This document shows, one piece after another, positions 1 through 9,733 of a stretch of DNA of 64,000 bases. The stretch is taken from NCBI GenBank assembly GCA_002455955.1, contig DKLZ01000075.1:9837-73836 (forward strand), given 5' to 3'. Below the pieces are notes generated by a model that saw nothing but the letters and a program-made list of their open reading frames with translations, made no database searches and was not told the origin of the DNA. Numbering within the stretch: the first letter of the stretch is position 1; each line of letters opens with the position of its first letter. The position numbers and the translations under genes are program-made. The DNA comes from Dehalococcoidia bacterium UBA6627 (GTDB lineage: Bacteria > Chloroflexota > Dehalococcoidia > UBA2979).

Positions 1-956
1 CGCAACTCGACCACCTTGATAACTATGGCTACCTGATGGTGGAGAAGGTTCTCGATCCAGAAACTGTCCTCGATCCGATCATTCAGGAATATCATGGTGT
101 TTTAGAATCACTGGCGTCCGAACTCCACGGTCAGGGTGTTATTTCGTCGAAATATTCAGACCTCCCGTTCGGTGAGCGCGTCACACAGATCTACGAGGAA
201 AGCGGTGGAGTCTACAACGCATACTTTGATTTTTCCCTGCCACAAAGAGGTATCACCAGCGAAACTCCTTTTTGGGCAGGGCCTGCAATCTTCAACACAC
301 TAACTAACGAGTCTTTACTTGACGTCGTTGAATCGGTTGTTGGCTCTGAAATATTCTCGAACCCGGTTCAGCACGTGCGTATCAAAGTCCCCGAAAACCG
401 TGCCCCTCGGGATGAAAACGGGCACATTAAGTTCGGGCCTACCCCTTGGCATCAAGATCAGGGCGTCATTGCTGAGGAAGCCGACGAAACCGACATGCTC
501 ACCGTATGGTTTCCCTTACTTGATGCTGGCGTCGAGAATGGATGCTTGCAAGTAATGCCTGGCACTCATAAGAACGGTTTACTCCAACACTGCCCACGAG
601 ATGGTGCTCAAGGGCTCGAAATTCCGGAAAATATACTCCATCGAGATGGTGCCGTCGCTATGCCTATGAAGCGTGGTGACATTTTGCTGTTAAAACAACG
701 CACCGCCCACTCAGCATTGCCGAATACCAGCAATGAAGTCCGATGGAGCTTCGATCTCCGATACCACGTGGTAGGTCGCCCAACAGGCCGTCCCGAGTTT
801 CCCGGGTTCGTCGCAAGAAGCCGAAATAACCCTGAGTCGGAACTGCGCGACCCTATCACTTGGCGTAACTCCTGGATAACTACGCGCGATCGTCTCGCTC
901 GAGAGAGCGACCCGGTATACAACCGCTGGAATTCAGAACATCCTGCCTGCGCGTAA
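1..956 (+). CDS. Phytanoyl-CoA dioxygenase (PhyH) family Fe(II)/2-oxoglutarate oxygenase; 5' end runs off the window
   Basis: The frame stays open back to base 3 (QLDHLDNYGYL precedes the listed Met). PhyH-like motifs present: PWHQDQG, GCLQVMPGTH, TAHSALPN, RWSFDLRY. Confidence 0.75.
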   Translation, partial: QLDHLDNYGYLMVEKVLDPETVLDPIIQEYHGVLESLASELHGQGVISSKYSDLPFGERVTQIYEESGGVYNAYFDFSLPQRGITSETPFWAGPAIFNTLTNESLLDVVESVVGSEIFSNPVQHVRIKVPENRAPRDENGHIKFGPTPWHQDQGVIAEEADETDMLTVWFPLLDAGVENGCLQVMPGTHKNGLLQHCPRDGAQGLEIPENILHRDGAVAMPMKRGDILLLKQRTAHSALPNTSNEVRWSFDLRYHVVGRPTGRPEFPGFVARSRNNPESELRDPITWRNSWITTRDRLARESDPVYNRWNSEHPACA

Positions 957-1106
957 AGCTCTCAACCGTCTTTGTATTTCGAATCACCACTGACCTGCTT
1001 TGAGGATGTTCGACAACAACTTCTCATCTCAAGGGATGTTCAGTTTCGTGAAACAATGCAGATAAGATCACACCTACATCGAAAATAATTAGAGAGCTCG
1101 CAACAG

Positions 1107-1823
1107 ATGCTGTTATCAGACACTAGCACTGTGCTTTTCGATTTCGATCAGACACTGGGTAAAGCCAAATCTCATTACGGCATGTATGTCCAGGCAGCTA
1201 ACGAATACAACATTTCTGTAACTGTGAATGATCTCGCTCAAACCAAACTTGACGATGCCTGGGCAAAATGGATGACATCAATGGGCCCAGTTCACCGTGA
1301 TGCATCCTACAGCGAAACTGCCTTCGCAGAGCTGCGTCGTGAAATCGCCGCCGACCGACTGCAAAATGCAGGAGTTAAATGCGATAAGACAACTCTCGAT
1401 CACATCACCAATCGTATCGTTGAGCTTGAAGGGGCCGCCGAGAACTACATGATTTACGATGACACGGTTACCGCTATCGAAGAATTGGCTCGCCGCAAGG
1501 TGCAATCATTAATTGTTTCGAACCACGTGTGGCGATTGCCGGAAATCGTTGAAGGGCTGGGCGTGTCTTCCCACTTTCGGGGTGTTATCACAAGCGCTCG
1601 CATCGGTGTACGCAAACCTCACCCAGCAATTTTTGAGGCCGCTCTCGAACTGGCAGGATCTCGGCTCGATGAGACGATTGTTGTTGGTGACTCTTACATG
1701 CACGACATCGAAGGTGCAAGATCGATCATGCTGGACTCAATCCTTATCGATCGCACGAATCGTTACCAGGAATCGGAGATCGATGTCCCCATCATTCAAT
1801 TGCTAACCGATCTCGTACCGTGA
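1107..1823 (+). CDS. HAD-superfamily hydrolase (subfamily IA-like)
   Basis: Motif I LFDFDQTLG (DxDxT), motif II VSNH, motif III K in GVRKP, motif IV VGDSYMHDIEGA. Confidence 0.8.
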   Translation: MLLSDTSTVLFDFDQTLGKAKSHYGMYVQAANEYNISVTVNDLAQTKLDDAWAKWMTSMGPVHRDASYSETAFAELRREIAADRLQNAGVKCDKTTLDHITNRIVELEGAAENYMIYDDTVTAIEELARRKVQSLIVSNHVWRLPEIVEGLGVSSHFRGVITSARIGVRKPHPAIFEAALELAGSRLDETIVVGDSYMHDIEGARSIMLDSILIDRTNRYQESEIDVPIIQLLTDLVP

Positions 1824-2281
1824 ATATCACCCTTGTACCGATAGAGAATAATGAATACGACGATCTGCGGAATATGCTCCTCGACTATTATAGCGAGATA
1901 GCTGATTACGAGATCGACATTGAAAACTCTGAGGATCTTCGCGATCGATCTTTTGCAGCAATGCTCAACGACATGGAGGGACGGGAACTCATTTGGATCG
2001 AAGCCAACAGTGAACGAGCTGGCTTCATCATCGTTCGAAGCCTTGCCGATTGGCCACATGAGGAACGAATGATCGCATCAATTGCGGAATTTTTCGTCGA
2101 CCCCGCTTACCGACGTAGAGGGATCGGCAGTCAGGCAGTCGAGATACTTCTCGCCAACCATCGAAACCGCGGTACATACCTCGTCGAAGCCGACATCCTA
2201 CACCTTAATGAACCTGCTAAAGCATTTTGGTACGGACTTGGATTCGAACTCCAGTTCCTGCAGACAGGACGCAAACCATAA
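1820..2281 (+). CDS. GNAT family N-acetyltransferase
   Basis: Acetyl-CoA binding motif A RRRGIGSQAVEILL. GTG start overlaps the upstream stop (GTGA), indicating translational coupling. Confidence 0.8.
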   Translation: MNITLVPIENNEYDDLRNMLLDYYSEIADYEIDIENSEDLRDRSFAAMLNDMEGRELIWIEANSERAGFIIVRSLADWPHEERMIASIAEFFVDPAYRRRGIGSQAVEILLANHRNRGTYLVEADILHLNEPAKAFWYGLGFELQFLQTGRKP

Positions 2282-2381
2282 ATTTTTACAAAATCGCTAT
2301 GCACTCGTGAATGAGTCAGCGGATACTCTCATATTCGATAGGTACTACTGATACGAAAGCGCTGATCGCTAGGAGTCCAGC

Positions 2382-2936
2382 ATGCCCATCTACGCCATCG
2401 GTAACAAGATTCCCAGCATTTCACGGGATGCATTCATCGCACCTACTGCAACAATCGTTGGTGATGTTCGAGTCGAAGCAGGTGCCTCAGTCTGGTACAA
2501 CGCCACTGTCCGTGGCGATACAAGTTATGCCGTGATCCGTGCTGGAGCGAACGTTCAAGATGGTGCTGCTATCCATGGACGTGCTGGTCTCCCAGCATTA
2601 ATAGGTGAACAAGCGTCGCTCGCTCACAATTGCGTTGTGCATGGTGCCACGATCGGCGAACAAGCACTGATCGCTAACGGAGCGCTCGTTCTCGATGGTG
2701 CAATCATCGGAGCACGATGCTTGATCGCTGCTGGGGCTATAGTTCTACCAGAAACCAAGATTCCCGAGGGGATGCTTGCTGTTGGCGCCCCTGCTGTCGT
2801 TAAGCGCTCGATCATAGGGAGTGCGTCCGAAGAATGGGTGACAGGGAACCCTGGACGGTACAAGCAAATGGCTCACGACCATATGGTCGGACTACGAGAG
2901 ATCACCCGCGAAGAAGCAGCAACAGGGCACCCATAA
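2382..2936 (+). CDS. Gamma-carbonic-anhydrase-like left-handed beta-helix (hexapeptide repeat) protein, YrdA/PaaY type
   Basis: Typical N-terminus (IPSISRDAFIAPTATIVGDVRVEAGASVWYNATVRGD). Conserved His in IHG and AHNCVVHG. Repeated hexapeptide pattern. Confidence 0.85.
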   Translation: MPIYAIGNKIPSISRDAFIAPTATIVGDVRVEAGASVWYNATVRGDTSYAVIRAGANVQDGAAIHGRAGLPALIGEQASLAHNCVVHGATIGEQALIANGALVLDGAIIGARCLIAAGAIVLPETKIPEGMLAVGAPAVVKRSIIGSASEEWVTGNPGRYKQMAHDHMVGLREITREEAATGHP

Positions 2937-3058
2937 CCAAATATGTGATGGTTGGATACCCTCGAAATCCGGCTGGAGCGCTGAATAAGCGACCACCTAC
3001 GAGAACACACGACGGACGTCGGTTACGATTTCTCAAGTGTTCACTGAAAGGCTTACTT

Positions 3059-3937
3059 GTGATCTGGGACGTCCACTGCCATTTTCCTCGAGACTGGCAA
3101 AACCCCGAGAGTGTCGACCCTGTGGAAGCGCTAGAAGGTCGCGCTAACGCTCTGCGCGAGGCAGGAGTAACACGTGCCTCATTGCTCTGTGGTGGACGCT
3201 TCGGACTTGGCTACGAGGAAGCAATTGGATATTCACGGCTGCATGAAGACTTATTTGTCCCTTCAGCAGTGGTTGATCCAGAAGAGATTACGCACCGTAA
3301 CATCAAAGAACTCCACGAACTTGGGTACAGGGGCCTAAAGATGATAGGCGTCCGTCGCCCGTACGATGATTACGCTTACTTCGGTGTCTATCAGGCAGCT
3401 GAAGAATTAGACATGCCGATCTTGATGCACATGGGCGTTATCGGCGGTGGTATCGATTACTCAATTACTCATCCGAGACGTGATCCGGAGGCCGCAAAGC
3501 GTTTGCAGGAGATGCGGAATAGCCCACGCGCGCTCGGCCGCAATGTCTCAGCGATGAGAATGCGCCCTTTCCATATGGACACGATCGCCAACAATTTCCC
3601 AGACTTGAAGTTAATCGGGGCACACATGGGTGGCACCGGAAACTACGATGAGGCCGCGTCGGTTACTCGCTGGCGCCATAACGTTTACCTCGACATGTCC
3701 GGAGGAGACACCATCGAACGGCATGCAGTCGAGCGTAATCTCATTGGTATTGAGATTGGTGTTGAGAAACTCACATGGGGATCAGACTGTAGCAACGATG
3801 AGATCGCGGACCATCTTGCCAACCTTGACCAGATTTTTGATCAAGTTGGACTTACTGAAGCCGAACGAGACCGTATCCGCTATCGCAACGCTGCAGAGAT
3901 TTTCGGCGAAGCCGTGCCAATTCACTCGGCAGAGTAA
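3059..3937 (+). CDS. Amidohydrolase-2 family metal-dependent hydrolase (TIM barrel)
   Basis: N-terminal DVHCHF (HxH) motif, then ILMHMG, IGAHMGG, WGSDCS. GTG at 3059 is preceded by GAAAGG. ATG 2948 is an alternative start. The track start at 2834 overlaps the previous gene and is unlikely. Confidence 0.7.
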   Translation: MIWDVHCHFPRDWQNPESVDPVEALEGRANALREAGVTRASLLCGGRFGLGYEEAIGYSRLHEDLFVPSAVVDPEEITHRNIKELHELGYRGLKMIGVRRPYDDYAYFGVYQAAEELDMPILMHMGVIGGGIDYSITHPRRDPEAAKRLQEMRNSPRALGRNVSAMRMRPFHMDTIANNFPDLKLIGAHMGGTGNYDEAASVTRWRHNVYLDMSGGDTIERHAVERNLIGIEIGVEKLTWGSDCSNDEIADHLANLDQIFDQVGLTEAERDRIRYRNAAEIFGEAVPIHSAE

Positions 3938-3942
3938 TCGCT

Positions 3943-5043
3943 GTGCCTGAAGAGAAGCAATATCAGCCGCGCAAAGTTGAGCCGAACGAAGGCCAGACCG
4001 AGAAGTCTGATAAGGAACTCTCAACCGATAGCACAAAAGAAACTCAATCCACACGGCCACCTTCCGGAGTAACCGAGCCAACGATTATAGATAATCAATC
4101 GCACTCGACATTAAGTGAAACCACACCTGAAGCTGAAAATAATCAGGCCACGAATTTTGATCCATCCGAACGAACAATGGAGGCCGCACCGAGAGAGTCA
4201 CACTCAATGAGCTGGTCAGGGTTAACTGAAATTGCATTCTCTCGTATCAAACCTGAATGCTTTGACGGATGGATTATCACAACACCGTTAATAGTCTTCG
4301 GCAGCCTGATGACTGCCATATTCTTGATGTTCGTTGCCATCGAGCCAACTCCCCGGTGGCTTTTGCTCTTTGGAGCATTAATTTCCGTGATAGGAACTGA
4401 CGGAGTGATCCGGCAAAAATGGCCGAGACCATTCATCCACGGTCAGAATACAGCTGATTCGACACCATATTTGTTTCTCCCTGCACTCGCCACGATTACT
4501 ACCCCTATGCTCATCGAACACAACATACGGGGCTATCTTGTGATACCGGTCACTCTGCTCGCTGGCTGCGCGTTCACCTTCATGATTGCAGCGTTAATCA
4601 GCTCTGTACGAGTTACCGCACCGGTTTACCCACTTGCTAGGTTGATCTCTATCGCAGCTGTTTACTTGAGTGCTTTCGCTCTTTTTTCGTTTAGCTACGT
4701 GCTCGACATTGACCTCGCAGCAAGTGTAGCGGTGGTGGGAATAGTCACAGTGATGCTCGGTATCGAAGTTTATCGAGAAGGACAAATTGAACCGATTGAG
4801 ACTATCCAGTTCTCAGTAGTTACTGGTTTAATTCTTGGCGAAGCACGTTGGGCTATGCACTTCATTCCAATAGACGGCTATCTCGCAGGATTAGCTCTAT
4901 TGCTCATATTTTTCCTTGTAACCGGGTTATTCCACGCTCACCTAACTCGACAACTGAACAAAATCGTTGCTATGGAATACTCCGGCCTGGCGGGACTAGG
5001 CATACTACTCGTGCTAATCACAAGCCGAGTCGGATTTGGCTGA
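3943..5043 (+). CDS. Hypothetical integral membrane protein with ~95-aa low-complexity N-terminal region
   Basis: N-terminus is rich in T/E/S/Q/P, followed by about 8 hydrophobic segments. No recognisable family motif. Confidence 0.5.
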   Translation: MPEEKQYQPRKVEPNEGQTEKSDKELSTDSTKETQSTRPPSGVTEPTIIDNQSHSTLSETTPEAENNQATNFDPSERTMEAAPRESHSMSWSGLTEIAFSRIKPECFDGWIITTPLIVFGSLMTAIFLMFVAIEPTPRWLLLFGALISVIGTDGVIRQKWPRPFIHGQNTADSTPYLFLPALATITTPMLIEHNIRGYLVIPVTLLAGCAFTFMIAALISSVRVTAPVYPLARLISIAAVYLSAFALFSFSYVLDIDLAASVAVVGIVTVMLGIEVYREGQIEPIETIQFSVVTGLILGEARWAMHFIPIDGYLAGLALLLIFFLVTGLFHAHLTRQLNKIVAMEYSGLAGLGILLVLITSRVGFG

Positions 5044-5163
5044 TTAGTCGTATGTCTCTTAGAACCATGCCAACAATGAAGCCCGACTTGAGCTAGGTCA
5101 ACTCACGTCTCCAGTCAACACTGGTAGCTGTCTGTGAATGCTCTGATAGCATCAATTTTCATT

Positions 5164-5240
5164 CGGGGAGTGGCGCAGTCTGGTAGCGCACCTGTCTGGG
5201 GGACAGGTGGTCGTCGGTTCAAATCCGGCCTCCCCGACCA
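5164..5240 (+). tRNA. tRNA-Pro (anticodon GGG), CCA encoded
   Basis: Manual cloverleaf: acceptor CGGGGAG/CTCCCCG, D arm GCGC-AGTCTGGTA-GCGC, anticodon arm CCTGT-CTGGGGG-ACAGG, T arm GTCGG-TTCAAAT-CCGGC, 3' ACCA. Confidence 0.9.
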
Positions 5241-5391
5241 TTTCGATCTTCGATCCGAAAAAGCAAGCTGCTACCGCACCAGAATATTGCCAGACAACTG
5301 AAAGCGCACGAAAGCACACCTAGCTAGCACACAATCTGCAGCAGTACGTCGGAGATTGAAATCATCGGCGTAGGAAATTGGACCTTACTTA

Positions 5392-6348
5392 ATGACTGAC
5401 AACAAATCAGCTTTCGACTACCGACCTGAGATGAAGGCATGTGCTGAGGCGATCAATCTACGACCACCTCTGATTATTCAGCCAGAGGATCATTGGGTTG
5501 AGCTAAATGGCATTCGGTTACATTACCTTGACTGGGGCAACTCTCATCTGCCACATCTCTTGCTATTGCACGGTGGCAGTCTGACAGCGCACACGTGGGA
5601 TATGGCGGCATTATTGCTCCGAGAACGTTACCATATCGTGGCACCAGACCAACGCGGTCACGGTGACAGCGATGCAACCCCACTACAGCAATCCAAAGTC
5701 GATAACTATGAACTAATGCTTCAGGATACTGCTGCACTGATCGAATACCTCGGATACGACACCATCTCGCTCTGTGGTATGTCGATGGGAGCATTAAATG
5801 CCATCCGCTACACTGCCCACTGTCCTCAGCGATTGTCAGCGCTGGCCATTGTTGACGTCGGTCCAACAGTAATGCTCGAAGTCCGTATCGAGATGGAACA
5901 GTTTCGACATGAAACTGAAACCATGGTGGAGTTCGAAGACTTCGTAGAAAGAGCAATACGGTTTAACCCTCGACGAAAGCCCGAACATCTGCGTTACAGC
6001 CTGATACATTCACTCAAACGAGTCGAGGGCGGATGGACTTGGAAGCAACAGCAGCGAAGGAGCGAAAATCAAGTAACTGCTGAAGCTCACTGGAAGAGCG
6101 AGCGAGAAGAACGAGCTCGCTGGATGAGAGCCGATCTCGGCAAAATCAAAATACCTACCCTGCTAATCAGAGGAGAGAAAAGTAAGATGCTCTCGCCTGA
6201 AGGAGCACAAGATGCGGTTGCACTCCTCAAAGACGGTGAATTAGCGGTAATCAAAAACGCTGGACACTCCGTGCAGGGTGACAATCCTGCAGAGTTCTCC
6301 AAGATTTTGGACAGCTTCCTCACACGGCAGGGCATCCGAACTTCATGA
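5392..6348 (+). CDS. Alpha/beta-fold hydrolase
   Basis: Oxyanion LLLHGG, nucleophile elbow GMSMG, C-terminal NAGHSV His. Confidence 0.8.
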   Translation: MTDNKSAFDYRPEMKACAEAINLRPPLIIQPEDHWVELNGIRLHYLDWGNSHLPHLLLLHGGSLTAHTWDMAALLLRERYHIVAPDQRGHGDSDATPLQQSKVDNYELMLQDTAALIEYLGYDTISLCGMSMGALNAIRYTAHCPQRLSALAIVDVGPTVMLEVRIEMEQFRHETETMVEFEDFVERAIRFNPRRKPEHLRYSLIHSLKRVEGGWTWKQQQRRSENQVTAEAHWKSEREERARWMRADLGKIKIPTLLIRGEKSKMLSPEGAQDAVALLKDGELAVIKNAGHSVQGDNPAEFSKILDSFLTRQGIRTS

Positions 6349-6373
6349 GAATTTCAACCAACCGCGGAGTGTT

Positions 6374-7591
6374 ATGAACAAGAAAACCCACACTTCTGGT
6401 CCATTAACTGGGGTCAACGTACTCGACCTCACCCAAGGCATTGCTGGACCGTACTGTACAAAACTTCTCGCCGGGCTCGGAGCCAATGTCATTAAGGTTG
6501 AAGCTGCACCCAATGGAGATTCCACTCGTTCCCTCGGCCCATATGTGGATGAGGACGCACACCTCGAGAAAAGCATCCCTTTCCTCTATCTCAATACCGG
6601 AAAGCGCAGCAGTACACTAGACCTCAACTCAGCCGAAGCACCCAATCTGCTACGCGATCTAGCAGCAACCGTCGATTTACTGGTTGAAGACCTAGATCCG
6701 AAAACACGAAAGCAACTCGAAGTAAGTTATGACCATTATCGTGAGAATTGTCCTTCACTCGTTGTCGCTTCTGTCACTCATTTCGGACTCACCGGTCCCT
6801 ACGCGGACTATTTGGGAGAAGAAATTGTCGACCAAGCACTAAGCGGACATATGGCAATCACCGGAGAACCAGATCGTGAGCCACTCCGGATTGGCGGCGA
6901 TCTGTCGCAGTACGTCACAGGGCAAACTGCCTTCGTTGGAGCATTAATGGCCCTCTATCACTCAATGATCACTGGCGAAGGTCAACAAGTTGACTGTTCA
7001 GCACTCGAAGCATCAACAGACATTCTCGATGGGGAAGCCATCCTTTCGCTGACGCAACAACCACGTGTGCGGTGGGGTAACACGACTGCTGATAGTTTCC
7101 TGCGTGGGCGAGGCGGTCTATACGAAACAAATGACGGATGGATCGCACTCGGTCAAGTACCTGGCGGCTGGGATATGTTCGTCGAGATGATCGATGACGA
7201 TCGACTGCGTGTTCCTGAGTTAGCTGATCGTGCTACTCGAATAGCACGGAAGGATGAAATAGAGTCAATTGTTGAACCATGGTTGTTAGCACGATCCAAA
7301 ATCGACATTCACGAGGAGTCGCAGCGCAGGCGAAATGTAAGCGGATATGTAGCGCTCCCCGAGGACATCCTGTCCTCTAGGCATTTAGCGGAGCGTGAAT
7401 ACTTCGTCGATCTCGACCACCCTGTTGCCGGGAGCGCTCCTTACGCCGGTGCGCCATACCGTTTCCTCGGTCGAGATTGGTATTCCGAACGGGCTCCATT
7501 GCTTGGTGAGCATAACCGATCGATTTATGTCGACCACCTTGGTATGTCTCCAGCCATCTACCAACAACTGCTCGACAGCAACGTGATATAG
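6374..7591 (+). CDS. Family III CoA-transferase (CaiB/BaiF type), subtype A
   Basis: GVNVLDLTQGIAGPYCTKLLAGLGANVIKVE, NTGKRSSTLDL, candidate catalytic Asp in PLRIGGD. Start taken at MNKKTH; the track start at 6278 overlaps the upstream gene. Confidence 0.85.
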   Translation: MNKKTHTSGPLTGVNVLDLTQGIAGPYCTKLLAGLGANVIKVEAAPNGDSTRSLGPYVDEDAHLEKSIPFLYLNTGKRSSTLDLNSAEAPNLLRDLAATVDLLVEDLDPKTRKQLEVSYDHYRENCPSLVVASVTHFGLTGPYADYLGEEIVDQALSGHMAITGEPDREPLRIGGDLSQYVTGQTAFVGALMALYHSMITGEGQQVDCSALEASTDILDGEAILSLTQQPRVRWGNTTADSFLRGRGGLYETNDGWIALGQVPGGWDMFVEMIDDDRLRVPELADRATRIARKDEIESIVEPWLLARSKIDIHEESQRRRNVSGYVALPEDILSSRHLAEREYFVDLDHPVAGSAPYAGAPYRFLGRDWYSERAPLLGEHNRSIYVDHLGMSPAIYQQLLDSNVI

Positions 7592-7603
7592 GAGGGTTCC
7601 GCA

Positions 7604-8875
7604 ATGCCAAGCACAATGCTGAGCGGATTGCGCGTTCTGGATTTAAGCCAGGTCCGAGCCGCACCAAAGACTGCTCGCTGGCTAGCTGACGCTGGTGCTG
7701 AAGTCATCAAGTTAGAATCACTAAAGCGGCCTGATAGAGGACAGATGAAGGTTTCGTCAGCCGCTGATCTACCCATACCAGAGCAGAAGCAGCGAGAACA
7801 TAATCGCACTGCGGGAATGGGTACGGATCAATTACACCGGGACAAGCTAGGGCTTAGCATCGATCTCACTACTGATATCGGCAAAGAACTCTTCAAACGT
7901 CTAATCACGATCAGTGACGTCGTGCTCGAGAATTTTAGTGCTGGCGTCATGGATCGACTCAACCTTGGATATGACACTCTCTCTAAAATTCGTCCAGAGT
8001 TAATCATGATTTCGATGCCTGCATTCGGTTCGAGCGGACCCTATCGTGATCACGTTGGTTATGGCTGGGGCCTCGAACATCAGGGGGGTATCTCTGCTCG
8101 CACAGGCTACCTAGACGGGCCACCACTCCGTACGGGCACGGTGACACCAGATCCGCTCAACGGTCTCCACGGTGCGACTGCCGTCATGGCAGCGCTAGTT
8201 CATCGTGCACAGACAGGAGAAGGACAATTCATCGAACTCGCACACTGGGAATCGACATTGTCACTAATAGGAGACTGGCTGCTCGAACAGGCCTTCAATG
8301 ACGAATCAGAAGCGAGAATTGGCAACCGACATCCCATACATGCCCCACAGGGCTGCTACCGGTGTATTGGTAATGACGAATGGGTCACCATTTCCGTGAC
8401 AAACGGGAACGAATGGTCAGCCTTCTGCAAAACTATCGGGCGCCCTGATCTCGAAGCAAACGAACGTTTCACAAACGTTTCGCAACGGCGGGCCCATCAC
8501 GAAGAATTAGATGCAATCATCTCAACATGGACAAGCTCACGCACAAAGACCGAAGCAATGGAGATATTGCAACGAGCCGGCGTACCTGCCGGTGCTGTAC
8601 TCAGCAATGAAGAAGCGCTAACACAATCACAATTGACCGAACGCGGATTTCTTACTGAAGTCGAACACCCCGATGGAGTCATACATCCTTATATGAACGG
8701 TCCTTGGAAGTTTTCACGAGTGCCCCCGATGTCAGTCGAGCATCCTGCTCCCCTGTTAGGCGAACACAATGCTTACATCCTCGGTGATCTACTGGGGCTC
8801 TCCGAAACAGAACAACGGCGACTCGAAACGAGCGGAGTCACCGCCAACTTCTCGAGCAAACCACCAAAAGAGTAG
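7604..8875 (+). CDS. Family III CoA-transferase (CaiB/BaiF type), subtype B
   Basis: LRVLDLSQVRAAPKTARWLADAGAEVIKLE, candidate catalytic Asp in VTPDPLNGLHGATAVMAAL, C-terminal PLLGEHN. Confidence 0.85.
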   Translation: MPSTMLSGLRVLDLSQVRAAPKTARWLADAGAEVIKLESLKRPDRGQMKVSSAADLPIPEQKQREHNRTAGMGTDQLHRDKLGLSIDLTTDIGKELFKRLITISDVVLENFSAGVMDRLNLGYDTLSKIRPELIMISMPAFGSSGPYRDHVGYGWGLEHQGGISARTGYLDGPPLRTGTVTPDPLNGLHGATAVMAALVHRAQTGEGQFIELAHWESTLSLIGDWLLEQAFNDESEARIGNRHPIHAPQGCYRCIGNDEWVTISVTNGNEWSAFCKTIGRPDLEANERFTNVSQRRAHHEELDAIISTWTSSRTKTEAMEILQRAGVPAGAVLSNEEALTQSQLTERGFLTEVEHPDGVIHPYMNGPWKFSRVPPMSVEHPAPLLGEHNAYILGDLLGLSETEQRRLETSGVTANFSSKPPKE

Positions 8876-8992
8876 GTGAGACTCCGGCAAAACAGCCTTC
8901 GGACAAAAACATATCCAGATTACTGATTATGCGGTGTAGTTTTGCCTGAACTTAAAATATCTAGAGCTCACAACTTCTGCGAGGCCTATCGG

Positions 8993-9325
8993 TCACGCGA
9001 ACACGACGATCGCAGTCCAAATTACACCGCCCAGTGCGAGCCCGTATATGGCAACCGCAATCTGGAGTCTAAACTGCGTCACACCGAGATCGATCATCGT
9101 ATGACGTAACCGGTGTGCCGCATGCGCGAACACTAAGAACGTAATACCAAGCACAACAAAACGCCCTATCGGATTTGTTAGCACCGTATTCAAACGATCA
9201 AAGCCAATTGCACCAGCCGGTAATAAAAATCCGGTCACGATAATCAGTGCGGGAATGACCATTGCTGCAACCATGCCACCTGCTGAGAACATCGACCAGA
9301 AAAATGGTTCATTCGATGCGCGCAT
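8993..9325 (-). CDS. frdD: Fumarate reductase membrane anchor subunit D
   Basis: SNEPFFWSMFSAGGMVAAMVIPALI matches the E. coli FrdD N-terminal pattern (EPVFWGLFGAGGMWSAII). Three TM segments. Last gene of the frd operon. Confidence 0.8.
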   Translation of the reverse strand: MRASNEPFFWSMFSAGGMVAAMVIPALIIVTGFLLPAGAIGFDRLNTVLTNPIGRFVVLGITFLVFAHAAHRLRHTMIDLGVTQFRLQIAVAIYGLALGGVIWTAIVVFA

Positions 9326-9339
9326 AGTTTCATCCCACC

Positions 9340-9723
9340 TTAAATCAGGAAGATACCGATGATGACAACCGAGATACCAAACCAGGCGAGTATATGTGTC
9401 CCGATCAGAGCTTGTGGTGGGACAAATTCCTCACCACGTCGTATTCGAATCGCTCTAGGTACCGCCTGAAACCAAGTAATCGAGTGCAACAGTGCGAATG
9501 CTAACGCTATGAGATGAAACACTATTACGAACGGTGACTTTAAGAAATCCCTGTAATCCTCGTAAGCATCCTGCCCTTCGTAAATTCTGCTCACCATGAT
9601 GACCATTAGAACGACGTAAACGGCCATGAAAACTGCTGATAACTCCCGGAGCATGAACAGCCTGTACGGCCAGCGCGCGAGATACCAGGTGCTCGAATGT
9701 TGTCTCGGGTATTGCTTCGACAT
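9340..9723 (-). CDS. frdC: Fumarate reductase membrane anchor subunit C
   Basis: From internal Met: MSKQYPRQHSSTWYLARWPYRLFMLRELSAVF and LLHSITWF match E. coli FrdC ([30 protein letters not shown]). The longer track ORF overlaps frdB. Confidence 0.8.
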   Translation of the reverse strand: MSKQYPRQHSSTWYLARWPYRLFMLRELSAVFMAVYVVLMVIMVSRIYEGQDAYEDYRDFLKSPFVIVFHLIALAFALLHSITWFQAVPRAIRIRRGEEFVPPQALIGTHILAWFGISVVIIGIFLI

Positions 9724-9733
9724 ATCGCTGGTC

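Noticed and set aside
2834-3058. Long N-terminal extension of the amidohydrolase ORF
   Set aside because: It overlaps the gamma-CA-like gene by about 100 nt and has a basic, low-complexity translation. The HxH motif sits directly after GTG 3059, which has a plausible SD.
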